Shown here piece by piece: positions 1 through 10,474 of a DNA stretch of 64,000 nucleotides (position 1 is the stretch's first letter; every line of letters starts with the position of its first letter). Where the stretch lies: assembly GCA_028865725.1 (NCBI GenBank), contig JAGWJP010000002.1, forward strand, positions 104,050-168,049. The letters run 5' to 3'. The notes under the pieces are model-generated. The model searched no databases. It was not told where the DNA came from and saw only the letters and a list, made by a program, of their open reading frames with translations. The stretch is from Patescibacteria group bacterium. Lineage in GTDB: Bacteria; Patescibacteriota; Minisyncoccia; UBA6257; JACRHW01. Position numbers and translations under genes: made by a program.

Positions 1-35
1 TTGGTAGGTCATATTCTAAATATTCAACGTGTGAG

Positions 36-1226
36 TTACTTAAAATAACGTTTCATACTATCGAGTACGCGGAAAAAAACGTCGATATCGTGCGCGTCGT
101 TATAAAGACCGAGGCTCAAACGCACCGATCCCGGCACATGAAAAAACGTATGAAGCGGGATAGCGCAATGATGCCCTGCGCGTACGGCAACATGCGCACC
201 CGAAAATATGCTTGCCGCATCATGCACGTGCATGGCCTCCAGTGAAAACGATACCACTCCCACATTATCTTTTGGGGAGCTTAAGGGGTGCACGAAGTTA
301 TAGATACGTAGGCGCTCATAAACCGCCTTCACCAGTGCATCTTCGTGTGCACGAATAGCAGAAAATCCGACACGCTGTAAATACTGAATAGCCGCACATG
401 AAGCCACTACCTCGGCAATAGGAGGCGTGCCCGCCTCGAGGCATCGAGGAATATCAAAATACTGTACAGATGTTGCCGACACATTACGCGCGGTAGACCC
501 CCCCACTAAAAACGGCTTCATCTCAAAGAATCGTCTCTCATTAATATAGAGGACTCCTACTCCCGTTGGTCCATACATTTTGTGCACCGAGTAGGCTAGA
601 AAATCACATCCGATCTCAGTCACATCAAGCGGAATATGTGCTACCGCTTGTGCCGCATCCACCACAAACGCAATACGACGTTTCCCAATCGTAGGGCGTA
701 TCTTCTGAAGCGGCACCACTGTCCCGAGCACATTAGAAACCGCTGTACAACACACCATGCGCGTACGCGCGGTGAGCAACTTCTCGAGATCACTCACATG
801 AAGAACTCCTTCACGATCAGGCTTCCAGACACGAAGTTTAATTTTCTTTTCATGCGCCAATACCTGCCACGGCAAAAAGTTACTGTGATGCTCTAAGACT
901 GAAACCACAATCTCGTCACCCGGTTTTATATTCACTCTTCCCCATGCATATGCAACAAGATTCAACGCCTCAGTTGCATTCTTAGTAAATACAATCTCGT
1001 GCGCCTTTGCACCCACAAACTTTGCATGCAGAGCGCGCGCATTTTCATAGAGCGCGCTCGCCTCCTCGCTTAACGCATAAAACCCACGATGAATATTCGC
1101 GTTTTGTTTTGCATAAAAAGAGCTCATTGCATCGATTACCGCTTTTGGTTTTTGGGCAGTCGCCGCGTTATCAAGATAAATGAGGTCCTTGTGTGCATTA
1201 AAAATAGGAAAATCTTTTCTATGCAT
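36..1226 (-). CDS. sufS: SufS-family cysteine desulfurase (PLP-dependent)
   Basis: YLDNAATAQKP, EHHSN, SVHKMYGPTGVG (PLP lysine), EAGTPP and RAGHHCA motifs. Confidence 0.95.
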   Translation of the reverse strand: MHRKDFPIFNAHKDLIYLDNAATAQKPKAVIDAMSSFYAKQNANIHRGFYALSEEASALYENARALHAKFVGAKAHEIVFTKNATEALNLVAYAWGRVNIKPGDEIVVSVLEHHSNFLPWQVLAHEKKIKLRVWKPDREGVLHVSDLEKLLTARTRMVCCTAVSNVLGTVVPLQKIRPTIGKRRIAFVVDAAQAVAHIPLDVTEIGCDFLAYSVHKMYGPTGVGVLYINERRFFEMKPFLVGGSTARNVSATSVQYFDIPRCLEAGTPPIAEVVASCAAIQYLQRVGFSAIRAHEDALVKAVYERLRIYNFVHPLSSPKDNVGVVSFSLEAMHVHDAASIFSGAHVAVRAGHHCAIPLHTFFHVPGSVRLSLGLYNDAHDIDVFFRVLDSMKRYFK

Positions 1227-1227
1227 A

Positions 1228-4200
1228 TTATTGGATCATATCGCGAAGAGTGCAGTACTCACAATCCTTTTCTTCACATCGCACATCCCAAAACGATAAA
1301 TGAAGAACATCGGTAGCCATGTGTTTAATCTCCTCCTCTAATCCCCGTACATCTTCTTCGGTAATATCAAAACATTCTTTTTTATAGATTCCGCGCTCGT
1401 TCGGCTCCAAAAAATCAATCTCTCCCGAGGTCATACGATACCGCCCTTGTTCATAGCGATCAAGCAGAAGTTTATAAAATACTAATTGTCTCTTATAATC
1501 ACCATTCCCATCTTTTGTCAAACCTTCAATGGCGTTCCTCGACATAGGCTTTTTCGTTTTGTAATCAACCACATTTACTCCGTTTCCTACTCCAAGCTCT
1601 ACCTTATCGATACGACCCGCAAGCTTCACCGGTGTGAACTCATCCGAAACTGATAATGTGGCCCCCTCCACAAAAAACTCAGTTAATACGTTTATATTCC
1701 ACGTGTTTTTATAATACTCGTAATATCCACGCAACGCATCTTTTCCACGCACCAGAAAATCCTGATACTGCTCTCCGGAAAGTGAAGTTTTTCCTAACTC
1801 ATACTCGAACGCACCAAGCACCATTTCCGGAGTGACAGGATCCCCCTTTCTGAGCCGCATGAATAACATATTCATGGCCGCATGTGCAGCGATACCATAG
1901 AGTGCGATAGGCACCTTCGCCCGGGGAATACGCAATAAGTCGCTATAAAAATACTTCCAAGGACACTCACGGTAATGGTTAAGTGCCGTCGGAGAGATAC
2001 CACGTTCCTCGAAACACTGCGCAATAAACTTTTTTTCATAAATTGATTCCGGCGTTACCATGCGTGGTGTACACAATAATTCTGATACTTCAGAAGACTC
2101 ACTTGCGTGATGCGCAGTGCAGTCTATGGTTTCTTTGTGTGTGGGATCAATTTCGCCAATAAATTGGGACGGGAGCATCTCCGCCCCATCAGCAGTGTGG
2201 GTAGCATAGCTTATCACGAGACGCTTTGCGGCACGAGTAAGCGCCACATAAAAAATGTGACGCTCATCATCATTGCGATTCCCCTCACGTTCTTGTTCCC
2301 CTACCCCTGCACGCGAAACACTAAACTGTTCGCGATTCCTTCTATTCCCCCAGTGTCCGTCGGTAACACCAATCATATACACATAATCAAACTCGAGTCC
2401 TTTTGCCTTATGCACCGTCATCCCACGCACCCCTCCCGTATGTGCACCGTTTTTTGCGCCCTTGATTACCAGGTTATGCGCCTCGACCACATCAAGATAA
2501 TGAATAAGATCGCGAAGACGACATCCAGGATTTCCTTCCTCGAGACGTTCTATTTCCTGAAACAATACTTTTATTTTCGAAAGTTTCGCAGCAGCATCTG
2601 GGCGCGCAAGGATAAACCCAAGAAGCCCAGAATCACGAATAACGTTTTCACACAATTCACTTGCGCTAATGCGCTCTGCGCTCTCTGCCCACGCGCGCAT
2701 ATTGCGCCCCCAAGAAAGAAGCGCATCGCGCGACTCGTACATAGGATCGTCTTCGCGGGACAACCTCGCGAGCACGCCGTAAATACCGTCACGCGTATTA
2801 TGCGCAGTAACAATCACGCGATAGACATCAAGCGGGTGAATTCCAAAATAAGGAAGGTGCAGTGCACGCGCAGCCCACTCTCCTTCTCCAAAATAATGGA
2901 TAGCCTTTAATACGACAAGGAGATTCTTTACGTCAAGATCATCAAGCACATTGTGATCAGACTGGATGGAAAACGGGATCCTCATCTTTTCAAACACATG
3001 TGCCACCGCCACCACATCGTTATTATCGCGATACAACACCGCGATCGACTCGGGCGAAACGCCGTGGTCAAGAGACTCCCGTATGTCATACCCCAAAAAA
3101 TAATACTCGTCTTCCGGCGAATAGTACGCATGAATTTCTACCTGTTTTCCTGTTCCTTGACGTGCAGCACGAAGCTCATGATTGAGATCATTATCACCTT
3201 CTCCTTTGGTAATAAGACTATGCGCAGCATCAAGAATCTTCTGCGTAGAGCGATAATTGTCCTCAAGCGTAATCGCTTTGGCGTGCGGATACTTCTCGAG
3301 AAAATAGAGAAAATTTTGAAGCGACGCGCCCTGAAAACGAAAAATCGCCTGCTTTGCATCTCCCACAATAAAAATATTGGGGTGGGGATCGTAATTAACA
3401 AGCAAGTCGAGAAGCGTGTTTTGTGCATTGTTCACATCTTGATGCTCGTCTGCCAATACATAATGGTACTGTTCCTGAAGCATTAAAAGAAGATTGCTAT
3501 CAAGCGCCAATGCACGCACTACCTCAAGAATCATATCGTTGTAGTCATAGCGTTTTCGTTCTTGCAACATCTGTTCATACTCTGCGTACACAATTCCCAA
3601 CTCCCTATTTTTCTCAAGCGCATGCTCCTGCTTTACATATTCTGACTTCATCTTTCCTTTATGCGCGCCTTTCGTATGGTAGAGATCATCACGCGAAAGA
3701 AACACCTCTTTCTCCTTTGCAGTTTGTGTAGCAAATACATCTTCAGTAACTCCCTCGCGTTTTAACTCTGCAAGAGCGCGTATAATGCCCCGCGCATAGT
3801 AGAGTGGATCTCCCGCAGGCCGCAAAAGAGAAAGTGGTGCATGCGCGACAATCTCCTCGATATATTCAAACTGCTCTGCCTCGGTGATGTGCGTCGCCCC
3901 GATGATGCGCGGGAAGGATTCTGGATACGCTTGAATGAGATCGTTACAAAATTTATGAAACGTAGCGATCCGCACCCCGTATGCCGCGCTCCCCACCACA
4001 TCAAAAAGCCGCTTCCGCATATTGGCAGCGGCAGCATCGGTAAAGGTAAGCGCCAAGATACTCGAAGGTGCGGTATCAGTGCACTTTAAGATGTTTGCGA
4101 TGCGAAGCGTAAGCACCTTTGTCTTTCCCGTACCAGGCCCTGCAAACACCACCACGGGCCCCTCAATTGCATCGACTGCTTTGCGCTGTTTTGTATTAAG

Positions 4201-4236
4201 CTTTTCGTATTCTTTTTGAAAAACAATATTTTTCAT
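1228..4236 (-). CDS. UvrD/PcrA-family SF1 helicase with C-terminal PD-(D/E)XK nuclease domain
   Basis: AGPGTGKT, DEHQD, VGDAKQAIFRFQGA, NYRS, TVHKAKGLEF, YVALTRA; C-terminal GRIDKV..VVDYKT, QLVFY and Cys cluster (CPWKY..C..C..C). Confidence 0.92.
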   Translation of the reverse strand: MKNIVFQKEYEKLNTKQRKAVDAIEGPVVVFAGPGTGKTKVLTLRIANILKCTDTAPSSILALTFTDAAAANMRKRLFDVVGSAAYGVRIATFHKFCNDLIQAYPESFPRIIGATHITEAEQFEYIEEIVAHAPLSLLRPAGDPLYYARGIIRALAELKREGVTEDVFATQTAKEKEVFLSRDDLYHTKGAHKGKMKSEYVKQEHALEKNRELGIVYAEYEQMLQERKRYDYNDMILEVVRALALDSNLLLMLQEQYHYVLADEHQDVNNAQNTLLDLLVNYDPHPNIFIVGDAKQAIFRFQGASLQNFLYFLEKYPHAKAITLEDNYRSTQKILDAAHSLITKGEGDNDLNHELRAARQGTGKQVEIHAYYSPEDEYYFLGYDIRESLDHGVSPESIAVLYRDNNDVVAVAHVFEKMRIPFSIQSDHNVLDDLDVKNLLVVLKAIHYFGEGEWAARALHLPYFGIHPLDVYRVIVTAHNTRDGIYGVLARLSREDDPMYESRDALLSWGRNMRAWAESAERISASELCENVIRDSGLLGFILARPDAAAKLSKIKVLFQEIERLEEGNPGCRLRDLIHYLDVVEAHNLVIKGAKNGAHTGGVRGMTVHKAKGLEFDYVYMIGVTDGHWGNRRNREQFSVSRAGVGEQEREGNRNDDERHIFYVALTRAAKRLVISYATHTADGAEMLPSQFIGEIDPTHKETIDCTAHHASESSEVSELLCTPRMVTPESIYEKKFIAQCFEERGISPTALNHYRECPWKYFYSDLLRIPRAKVPIALYGIAAHAAMNMLFMRLRKGDPVTPEMVLGAFEYELGKTSLSGEQYQDFLVRGKDALRGYYEYYKNTWNINVLTEFFVEGATLSVSDEFTPVKLAGRIDKVELGVGNGVNVVDYKTKKPMSRNAIEGLTKDGNGDYKRQLVFYKLLLDRYEQGRYRMTSGEIDFLEPNERGIYKKECFDITEEDVRGLEEEIKHMATDVLHLSFWDVRCEEKDCEYCTLRDMIQ

Positions 4237-4343
4237 ATCCTTTTCACTATATCGATAAATCTAAAAAAGAAAAACCCCGCGTACTGTGAAACGAGTATAC
4301 GCCTGATTACGCCTCACCCCTGCGATAAACCAAGAATTGAAAC

Positions 4344-4916
4344 CTAAAACAGTGCTTCCTGAGGATTGATATCGAGCGACCAGCCCCAATCGAAATCAAA
4401 GGTGACCCCTGGCGGATTAAATTTGTCGGGCACAAAGAGCTTCTTTTTATCAAGCACGAACTCATACAACTCTTTAGTAATCTTTACGTCGTTCAAGCAG
4501 TAGTGCTTGAGCTTCTCGATCTCTCCGCTTCTATAATATTCGATCGCATCGAGCCCTTTTCCGTTTTTTCCTGAATGCAAATTGGCTTCGCACAATACGC
4601 CAAGCCCTACACGGCGCCCCAGCTTTTTCTTTACTTCCTCGAACATATCAAGCGTTTTAATTTTTCCGATATTTGTCTTAAAGTATTTTCTCATCACGGG
4701 AATATCAAACTGATCCACCGCAAATCCGATGATAAGCTCTGTGTGCGCAAGTAGAGGCTCTAAGCGATCAAATTCATGCTCTTCGAGACCAAGATACTGA
4801 TCTTTTGCATAAGAATACACGCCGATGAGCGACGCATCAAGCTTCTCTACATTACGCTCTCCCCCTACATCATTAAATGTATTTTTGGTTTCAATATCGA
4901 TTACGAGACGATCCAT
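4344..4916 (-). CDS. RNase H-like (YprB/RNase_H_2) DEDD exonuclease
   Basis: LVIDIET, GF..QFDIP and YCLNDV motifs. Confidence 0.8.
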   Translation of the reverse strand: MDRLVIDIETKNTFNDVGGERNVEKLDASLIGVYSYAKDQYLGLEEHEFDRLEPLLAHTELIIGFAVDQFDIPVMRKYFKTNIGKIKTLDMFEEVKKKLGRRVGLGVLCEANLHSGKNGKGLDAIEYYRSGEIEKLKHYCLNDVKITKELYEFVLDKKKLFVPDKFNPPGVTFDFDWGWSLDINPQEALF

Positions 4917-4963
4917 ATGACTTGATGATAAACCGCCAAGGTTTTGTGATTAGGAATTATTTT

Positions 4964-5510
4964 TTATGATGCCACAATTCCTTTAGAAACTCCATGCACC
5001 ATTTCTTCAATGCGCCGAGTCAATGTATTCAATAGAGCTTTGTTGTGTGCTTCGATGTGTACACGCAACAAATCTTCCGTACTCGAAGGACGCACATTGA
5101 TGCAAAAATCATGCCCTTCAAGGGTAAGCCCGTCGAGATGAGAAACATATGCCATGTTCCCAAATGCTGCCTCTATGCGTGATATCATCGCTTCCTTGCC
5201 TTTCACGTTATAATTCAATGTTGGTGAATGCGGACGCATATCAAATAACTCCATCGTTTCAACAAGCACTTCTGGTACATAAATCGCAATATTCATAATC
5301 TTAAAAAACACGAGAATACCCGAATCCGCATTAAAAACTCTCTAAAATAATAATGTCCCGACCACTCAGCGCCACCCCATACCGCAACGTCCTTGAACTT
5401 CGCTCTAAAATGCGGTCCTCCTACACGTGTTAATACAGGCTTTGCGACAGAGACTTTTTTAAGTTCCTCGCGCGCCATAAGAACGCCGGCAAGATCAGCG
5501 CGTATATAAT
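4964..5510 (-). pseudogene. Truncated, frameshifted phosphomannomutase/phosphoglucomutase (domains III-IV only)
   Basis: RVG..GAEWSGHYYFREF in one frame continues as NADSGIL..LDGL..NVRPSSTE.LLR in the next frame across a T5 run near 5333; the N-terminal catalytic domains are absent. Confidence 0.75.
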
Positions 5511-5513
5511 CCT

Positions 5514-5924
5514 TTAATGCGGAATCACATTAGAGATGAGCGCACTCCACCAAGAAGGAGACGCTTCTGCGACATGAGGCACTATGGCAGGGGAGGACGA
5601 CGGAGCATTCACGACAATAATCACCTTCTCCCCTTTTTGCTGTACATTCAGCTCTTCCTTTGCCTTTTCTTCAAGATGAATAGGGTCGTGATACCAATCT
5701 ACTTGCTGCTGCAATACGTTATGTTCGATGGTTAACTTTTGTTCTTCAGCGTGGATCCGATTTAATTCACGAGACAGATCCGCATACTCACGATACCGAT
5801 CCCATGTATGGCGCATCACGATAAGCGTAAACAAAAACAAGCTAATGATAGGAAGCCATCGAAATAAGGCGTGAAATCGTTGCATAAAAAAGATATGAAA
5901 CAGCTCTTGGCATAGATACTGCAC
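5514..5924 (-). CDS. Septum formation initiator (FtsB/DivIC-like)
   Basis: N-terminal TM helix, coiled coil, DP..LEEKAKEELN..K.GEKV motif. Confidence 0.8.
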   Translation of the reverse strand: MQYLCQELFHIFFMQRFHALFRWLPIISLFLFTLIVMRHTWDRYREYADLSRELNRIHAEEQKLTIEHNVLQQQVDWYHDPIHLEEKAKEELNVQQKGEKVIIVVNAPSSSPAIVPHVAEASPSWWSALISNVIPH

Positions 5925-5957
5925 TCCCTCGTTTTTGAGGGCGAACCTATACGTACG

Positions 5958-7748
5958 CTACTTAAACACTTCGTAAAAGATGTGCGGCTCTACTGTTACC
6001 TTCCCTAATTCCTTAAGACGCTTTTTTCCCTCCTTCTGTTTTTTCCATAATTTCATTTTTCGGCTGCGGTCGCCTCCATACAAATAGCCCGTGACATCTT
6101 TGCGAAGTGCGGGAATAGTTTCCCGTGCCACAATCCTCGATCCCACTGCCGCTTGAATGGCCACAGCAAAATTTTCCCGCGGCAACAGATCTTTCAACTT
6201 TGCCGCCACCGCACGTCCCTCACGTTCTATTTTACTCTTTGGAAGGATTCTTGAAAATCCATCGAAACGCTCTCCTGCAATTAAAATATCGAGACGCTCC
6301 AGATCGCCTTTTCTATATTCAAGAAACGTATAGCTCATAGAAGCATATCCTTGTGAAACACTCTTTAAGTTATCATAAAAATTCACAATAATCTCAGCAA
6401 GCGGTGCCTCGAAATGAATCACCTGCCCATCTCCAAACCCTTCAACACCCATCAATTGAAGGCGATAATTCTCTACTAATTGCAGCACATTGCCGTAGTA
6501 ACGTTGTGGTGCAAGAATCTCAAGACGCACCCAAGGCTCTCGTATCTCAAGCGCCTGTTCATTCATATCATAATCAGAGGCACGATAAATAAGACGCACG
6601 ATCCCATCCTTCCCTGCCACTTGATACGACACGGAAGGAGTGGTCACCATCATCTCAATATTATACTCTCGCTTCATGCGTTCGATTGCCACATCAAGAT
6701 GCAACAGGCCTAAAAATCCCGCGCGAAACCCGCGCCCGAAAATCAACGATTGTTCAGGTTCATAGAATAGCGCCGCATCATTCAGTTTTAATTTAGAGAG
6801 AGACCGCGCAAGATGCGGATAATCATCCGCAGACGAAGGATAACACGACACGAATACCATAGGACGTGGTTCCTCGTATCCGGGAAACGGCTCCACTCTG
6901 CCTGCGTCCACATCTCGACGCACGACAATTGTATCTCCTACGCGTACTACTCCAGGATCCTTAATTCCTGTCGCAATATACCCTATCTCTCCTGTATACA
7001 AGCAGACTGATGTTTCATGAGTAGGATTAAAGTAGCCTACTTCCATAATATCGGCGTCTTTTTTGTTTTGAAACAACACCATGCGTTCATGCGCGCGAAA
7101 TTCACCGTCTAAGACACGCACGTTTGCGATAACTCCTTTATGATTATCGAAATGCGAATCAAAAATAAGCGCACGGCTAGAACGCGAAGCATTGCCTGTA
7201 GGAGGCGGGATCTCCGCCACTATCGTCTCGAGAAGATTGCGTACTCCTTCTCCGGTTTTTCCGGAAATAAGCTTCACGCGATCCATCTCTACTCCTACAA
7301 GCTGGGCAAGCTCCATCACGCGCGTCTCAAGATCCTGCGGCGCCAAATCAATTTTATTGAGGGCAGGAATAATAGTAAGTCCGCATTGTTGCGCAAACAT
7401 ATAGTTGGCAAGCGTCTGGGCCTGTATTCCTTGTGTTGCATCCACCAACAGAACAGCACCCTCTACCGCGAGAAGCGAACGAGATACTTCATATGCAAAA
7501 TCAGCATGGCCAGGGGTATCAATGAGATTCAACACATAAGGCATGTCAGTGCCCTCCGGCGTATACATCATCCGCACAGGCTGCAATTTAATCGTGATCC
7601 CCCGCTCCCGCTCAAGATCCATCTGATCCAAAAATTGTTCGCGCATTTTTCGCTTCTCCACAGTGTGCGTCATTTCTAAAAACCGATCTGCAAGTGTAGA
7701 CTTCCCATGATCAATATGCGCAATAATACAAAAATTTCTAATATTCAT
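5958..7748 (-). CDS. lepA: Elongation factor 4
   Basis: IRNFCIIAHIDHGKSTLADR, DTPGH, C-terminal YGGDRSRKMKL. Confidence 0.98.
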   Translation of the reverse strand: MNIRNFCIIAHIDHGKSTLADRFLEMTHTVEKRKMREQFLDQMDLERERGITIKLQPVRMMYTPEGTDMPYVLNLIDTPGHADFAYEVSRSLLAVEGAVLLVDATQGIQAQTLANYMFAQQCGLTIIPALNKIDLAPQDLETRVMELAQLVGVEMDRVKLISGKTGEGVRNLLETIVAEIPPPTGNASRSSRALIFDSHFDNHKGVIANVRVLDGEFRAHERMVLFQNKKDADIMEVGYFNPTHETSVCLYTGEIGYIATGIKDPGVVRVGDTIVVRRDVDAGRVEPFPGYEEPRPMVFVSCYPSSADDYPHLARSLSKLKLNDAALFYEPEQSLIFGRGFRAGFLGLLHLDVAIERMKREYNIEMMVTTPSVSYQVAGKDGIVRLIYRASDYDMNEQALEIREPWVRLEILAPQRYYGNVLQLVENYRLQLMGVEGFGDGQVIHFEAPLAEIIVNFYDNLKSVSQGYASMSYTFLEYRKGDLERLDILIAGERFDGFSRILPKSKIEREGRAVAAKLKDLLPRENFAVAIQAAVGSRIVARETIPALRKDVTGYLYGGDRSRKMKLWKKQKEGKKRLKELGKVTVEPHIFYEVFK

Positions 7749-7852
7749 AATAAAAAATAAAAATACAAATCTAAAAATTTAAAATAAAGGTGTAAAAATG
7801 TTTTCACTTTCACATTTCAATAATTTTGACTTTTGCATTTTCAGTTTTGAAT

Positions 7853-9001
7853 TTACGCTATGATTCCCCCGCCCAACATCGTGTTTCCTTTATAGAACAC
7901 GATGGACTGTCCTGGAGTAATTGCACGATGAGGTCTGTCAAATATTACACGCACGGTGCGCACTCCTTGCTGCGTAAGTGTCGCACGAACCAGCGCCTGG
8001 CGATACCGTGTTCTACATGTCACGCGCAGAGGCATCATGGGTACTACCCCTTCTATCCATTGCAGATGTTTCGCTGCCAGTTCCTGTCCGAACTGATCAC
8101 GATTGTCTTTTCGCGCCACATATACGATATTCTTTTGCACATCTTTTTTCACCACGCAGTAAATGCCATCTCCCCCCTGAAGCCCGAGCCCATGACGCTG
8201 GCCGATCGTATAAAGCGCGGCCCCTTTGTGTGTGCCGAGCACTGCCCCATCAAGGCTCATCGTGGGCCCAGGCTTAGCAGTATGTAATAAGCGTTTTTCT
8301 AAAAATTCATCAAGCCTTACATCCCCCAAAAAACAAATCCCTTGACTATCTTTTTTGTCTGCAGTGGAAAGTCCAAATTGGGTCGCAAGCGCGCGTACTT
8401 CTGGCTTTGTGTAATTCCCAAGCGGAAACAAGCAGTATTGCAGTTGTCGTTGTGTAAGTGTCCACAAAAAATATGACTGATCTTTATTAAGATCGCGAGC
8501 GATAGCGAGCTCATAACTTTTGATTTTTGCATTTTGAGTTTTGCCTTCTCGTAGACGTACGTAATGCCCCGTCGCAATATAGTCCGCCCTCCAGGCGCGT
8601 GCGGTACGCAAAAATATGCCAAACTTAATCACCTTATTGCACATCACATCAGGGTTCGGAGTAATCCCCTCACTATACCCGCGCACCATATAGTCGACTA
8701 CGTTCTTGGCATATTCTTTTTCAAAATCAAATGTATAAAACGGGATCTTTAACTGAGCGGCAACACGATGCGCATCTGCTTCGTCATTGAGGGCGCAGGG
8801 ATTATTCTCCGACCAACATTTCATGTAAACCCCTACTACCTGAAATCCGGAAAATCCCTTAGGTGCGGTGCGTCCTGTGAGTGCCTTAAACTCATGCGGT
8901 GTCGTCGCACGAGTAAAAAGCGCGGCGGCGACCGAAGAATCCACCCCTCCCGACATCGCCACAATTACAAGAGGTTTTTGTGTGCTCTTCGCATAATTCA
9001 T
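7853..9001 (-). CDS. mnmA: tRNA 2-thiouridylase
   Basis: AMSGGVDSS, TPNPDVMCN, ATGHY, KDQSYFL, DSQGICF, TPGQ. Confidence 0.97.
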   Translation of the reverse strand: MNYAKSTQKPLVIVAMSGGVDSSVAAALFTRATTPHEFKALTGRTAPKGFSGFQVVGVYMKCWSENNPCALNDEADAHRVAAQLKIPFYTFDFEKEYAKNVVDYMVRGYSEGITPNPDVMCNKVIKFGIFLRTARAWRADYIATGHYVRLREGKTQNAKIKSYELAIARDLNKDQSYFLWTLTQRQLQYCLFPLGNYTKPEVRALATQFGLSTADKKDSQGICFLGDVRLDEFLEKRLLHTAKPGPTMSLDGAVLGTHKGAALYTIGQRHGLGLQGGDGIYCVVKKDVQKNIVYVARKDNRDQFGQELAAKHLQWIEGVVPMMPLRVTCRTRYRQALVRATLTQQGVRTVRVIFDRPHRAITPGQSIVFYKGNTMLGGGIIA

Positions 9002-9105
9002 AGGACTCTAGTATGCAACAAATTAAAAAGAACCACAAGTTTACCCTTACCATAACACACCCTGCACATTTCGTGTGAGGTAGAAATGTATAGTGAACAA
9101 GTGGA

Positions 9106-10146
9106 TTAATTGCTTAATCCTGGTGCAAGCTTCACATAATCATTTCCTGACTGTGCATAATACCCCGCTCCCTGGGGACCGTCGCTCGCCCAATTTTCTG
9201 TATTGCTTACTAAATAATTCTCTCCCGTATCCGGATTGTGCACATATTCAGTACCCAGTTGCGGATTATATCCATCGCTGTTATCGGAAGAGGTGTCAGA
9301 TGAAGTATCTCCTCCTCCTGTATCTGTCGAGATTACAGAATTATCGCGTGCCACAAGCTGTGTGCTGCATTGAATAGACGCGGCGATACGCGCAACCAGC
9401 AACCCTTTTGTGGGCCACAACGACTTGCGCACTAAGGCAAAACGCGCCGCTTCGATGTAAGTGGTATTATAACCATCGCCCGGAAAGATACGATAAAAAA
9501 CAACTCCCTTGCTACCCGCAGATTCCACTGAGCGCAGCGTATACGATCCGATCTGCTGGTTATAATCATTCGTAAATTGCATTGGGCTTCCATCGCCAAG
9601 TGCGCCTTGCGCAGCGAGGCTCGCAAGGCGTTGTATTGATGTACCGGGGTCCGGGCTATAGAGGGCGGGATCATAGACCTGCATTGCGGAGTTCACGCCC
9701 AACACGCCATATCCTGCATATAACGTTCTATCGGGACTCACAAAATCAACGGCATCAGATTGCGGTGATGCATTACCCGTCCACCCCACAGGCAACAATG
9801 CCGAACATGCTCCGGTTCGCTGGGGCGTAAGCGCAAAAGCCCCTGTTGCTTCCACTGTTTTTGAGGGTACCGATGCAGTAAGATTTGCAGAAGGAGACCC
9901 TGTGTGCTGAGCGGGAGAAGATGTCATACCCGTATTATGTTGCGGTACTCCTCCTTGCATTCCATTCGTACTCGGTGAAGAGGACTGCGGAGTATTCGCT
10001 ACTGGAGAAGTGTGCTGTTCGTTGAAAGCGGGGTTAGTACCTATGTAATACAGAGTTCCTAAAATAACCACCACCAACACCCCTACGACAAATGCGTAAA
10101 ATTTATTGGCGATGAGCCGCTCCATAAATGAAGACAGAATATTCAT
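9106..10146 (-). CDS. Membrane-anchored extracellular hypothetical protein (S/T/G-rich linker, one Cys pair)
   Basis: 346-aa ORF with N-terminal TM segment, low-complexity linker and aromatic-rich C-terminus. Confidence 0.7.
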   Translation of the reverse strand: MNILSSFMERLIANKFYAFVVGVLVVVILGTLYYIGTNPAFNEQHTSPVANTPQSSSPSTNGMQGGVPQHNTGMTSSPAQHTGSPSANLTASVPSKTVEATGAFALTPQRTGACSALLPVGWTGNASPQSDAVDFVSPDRTLYAGYGVLGVNSAMQVYDPALYSPDPGTSIQRLASLAAQGALGDGSPMQFTNDYNQQIGSYTLRSVESAGSKGVVFYRIFPGDGYNTTYIEAARFALVRKSLWPTKGLLVARIAASIQCSTQLVARDNSVISTDTGGGDTSSDTSSDNSDGYNPQLGTEYVHNPDTGENYLVSNTENWASDGPQGAGYYAQSGNDYVKLAPGLSN

Positions 10147-10155
10147 ATACTTATA

Positions 10156-10470
10156 TTATACCACATTCTCATCCTGCCTGCTCTCCTCCTGTTCGACAAA
10201 ATCAGCAAACTCACCCTCGATCTGTTGTGCCTCCTCAACAAGAATTTGTTTGAACACCTCGAGATGTTTCTCTAAAAACGCGGTCCTGCGCACAAGCTCC
10301 TTTTCATCTACTTCGTTGATAGCAAGCAATGCATCAAACTCTTCCTTATCCTTTCCGGAAAGAAGACTATATAACCGTGAAAATGAACGATTCAAAAGAA
10401 TACGGAGCATGGTGCCGCTAAATTGCTCTAATATGTCTTGGGGTACAAAGGCAAGAAAATCCCAACTCAT
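10156..10470 (-). CDS. Small acidic hypothetical protein
   Basis: 104-aa ORF tightly packed between two co-oriented genes. Confidence 0.65.
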   Translation of the reverse strand: MSWDFLAFVPQDILEQFSGTMLRILLNRSFSRLYSLLSGKDKEEFDALLAINEVDEKELVRRTAFLEKHLEVFKQILVEEAQQIEGEFADFVEQEESRQDENVV

Positions 10471-10474
10471 ATAT

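Noticed and set aside
1228-4916. Helicase-nuclease plus exonuclease as an anti-phage defence system
   Set aside because: They are embedded among housekeeping genes and are consistent with ordinary AdnAB/PcrA-like repair functions.
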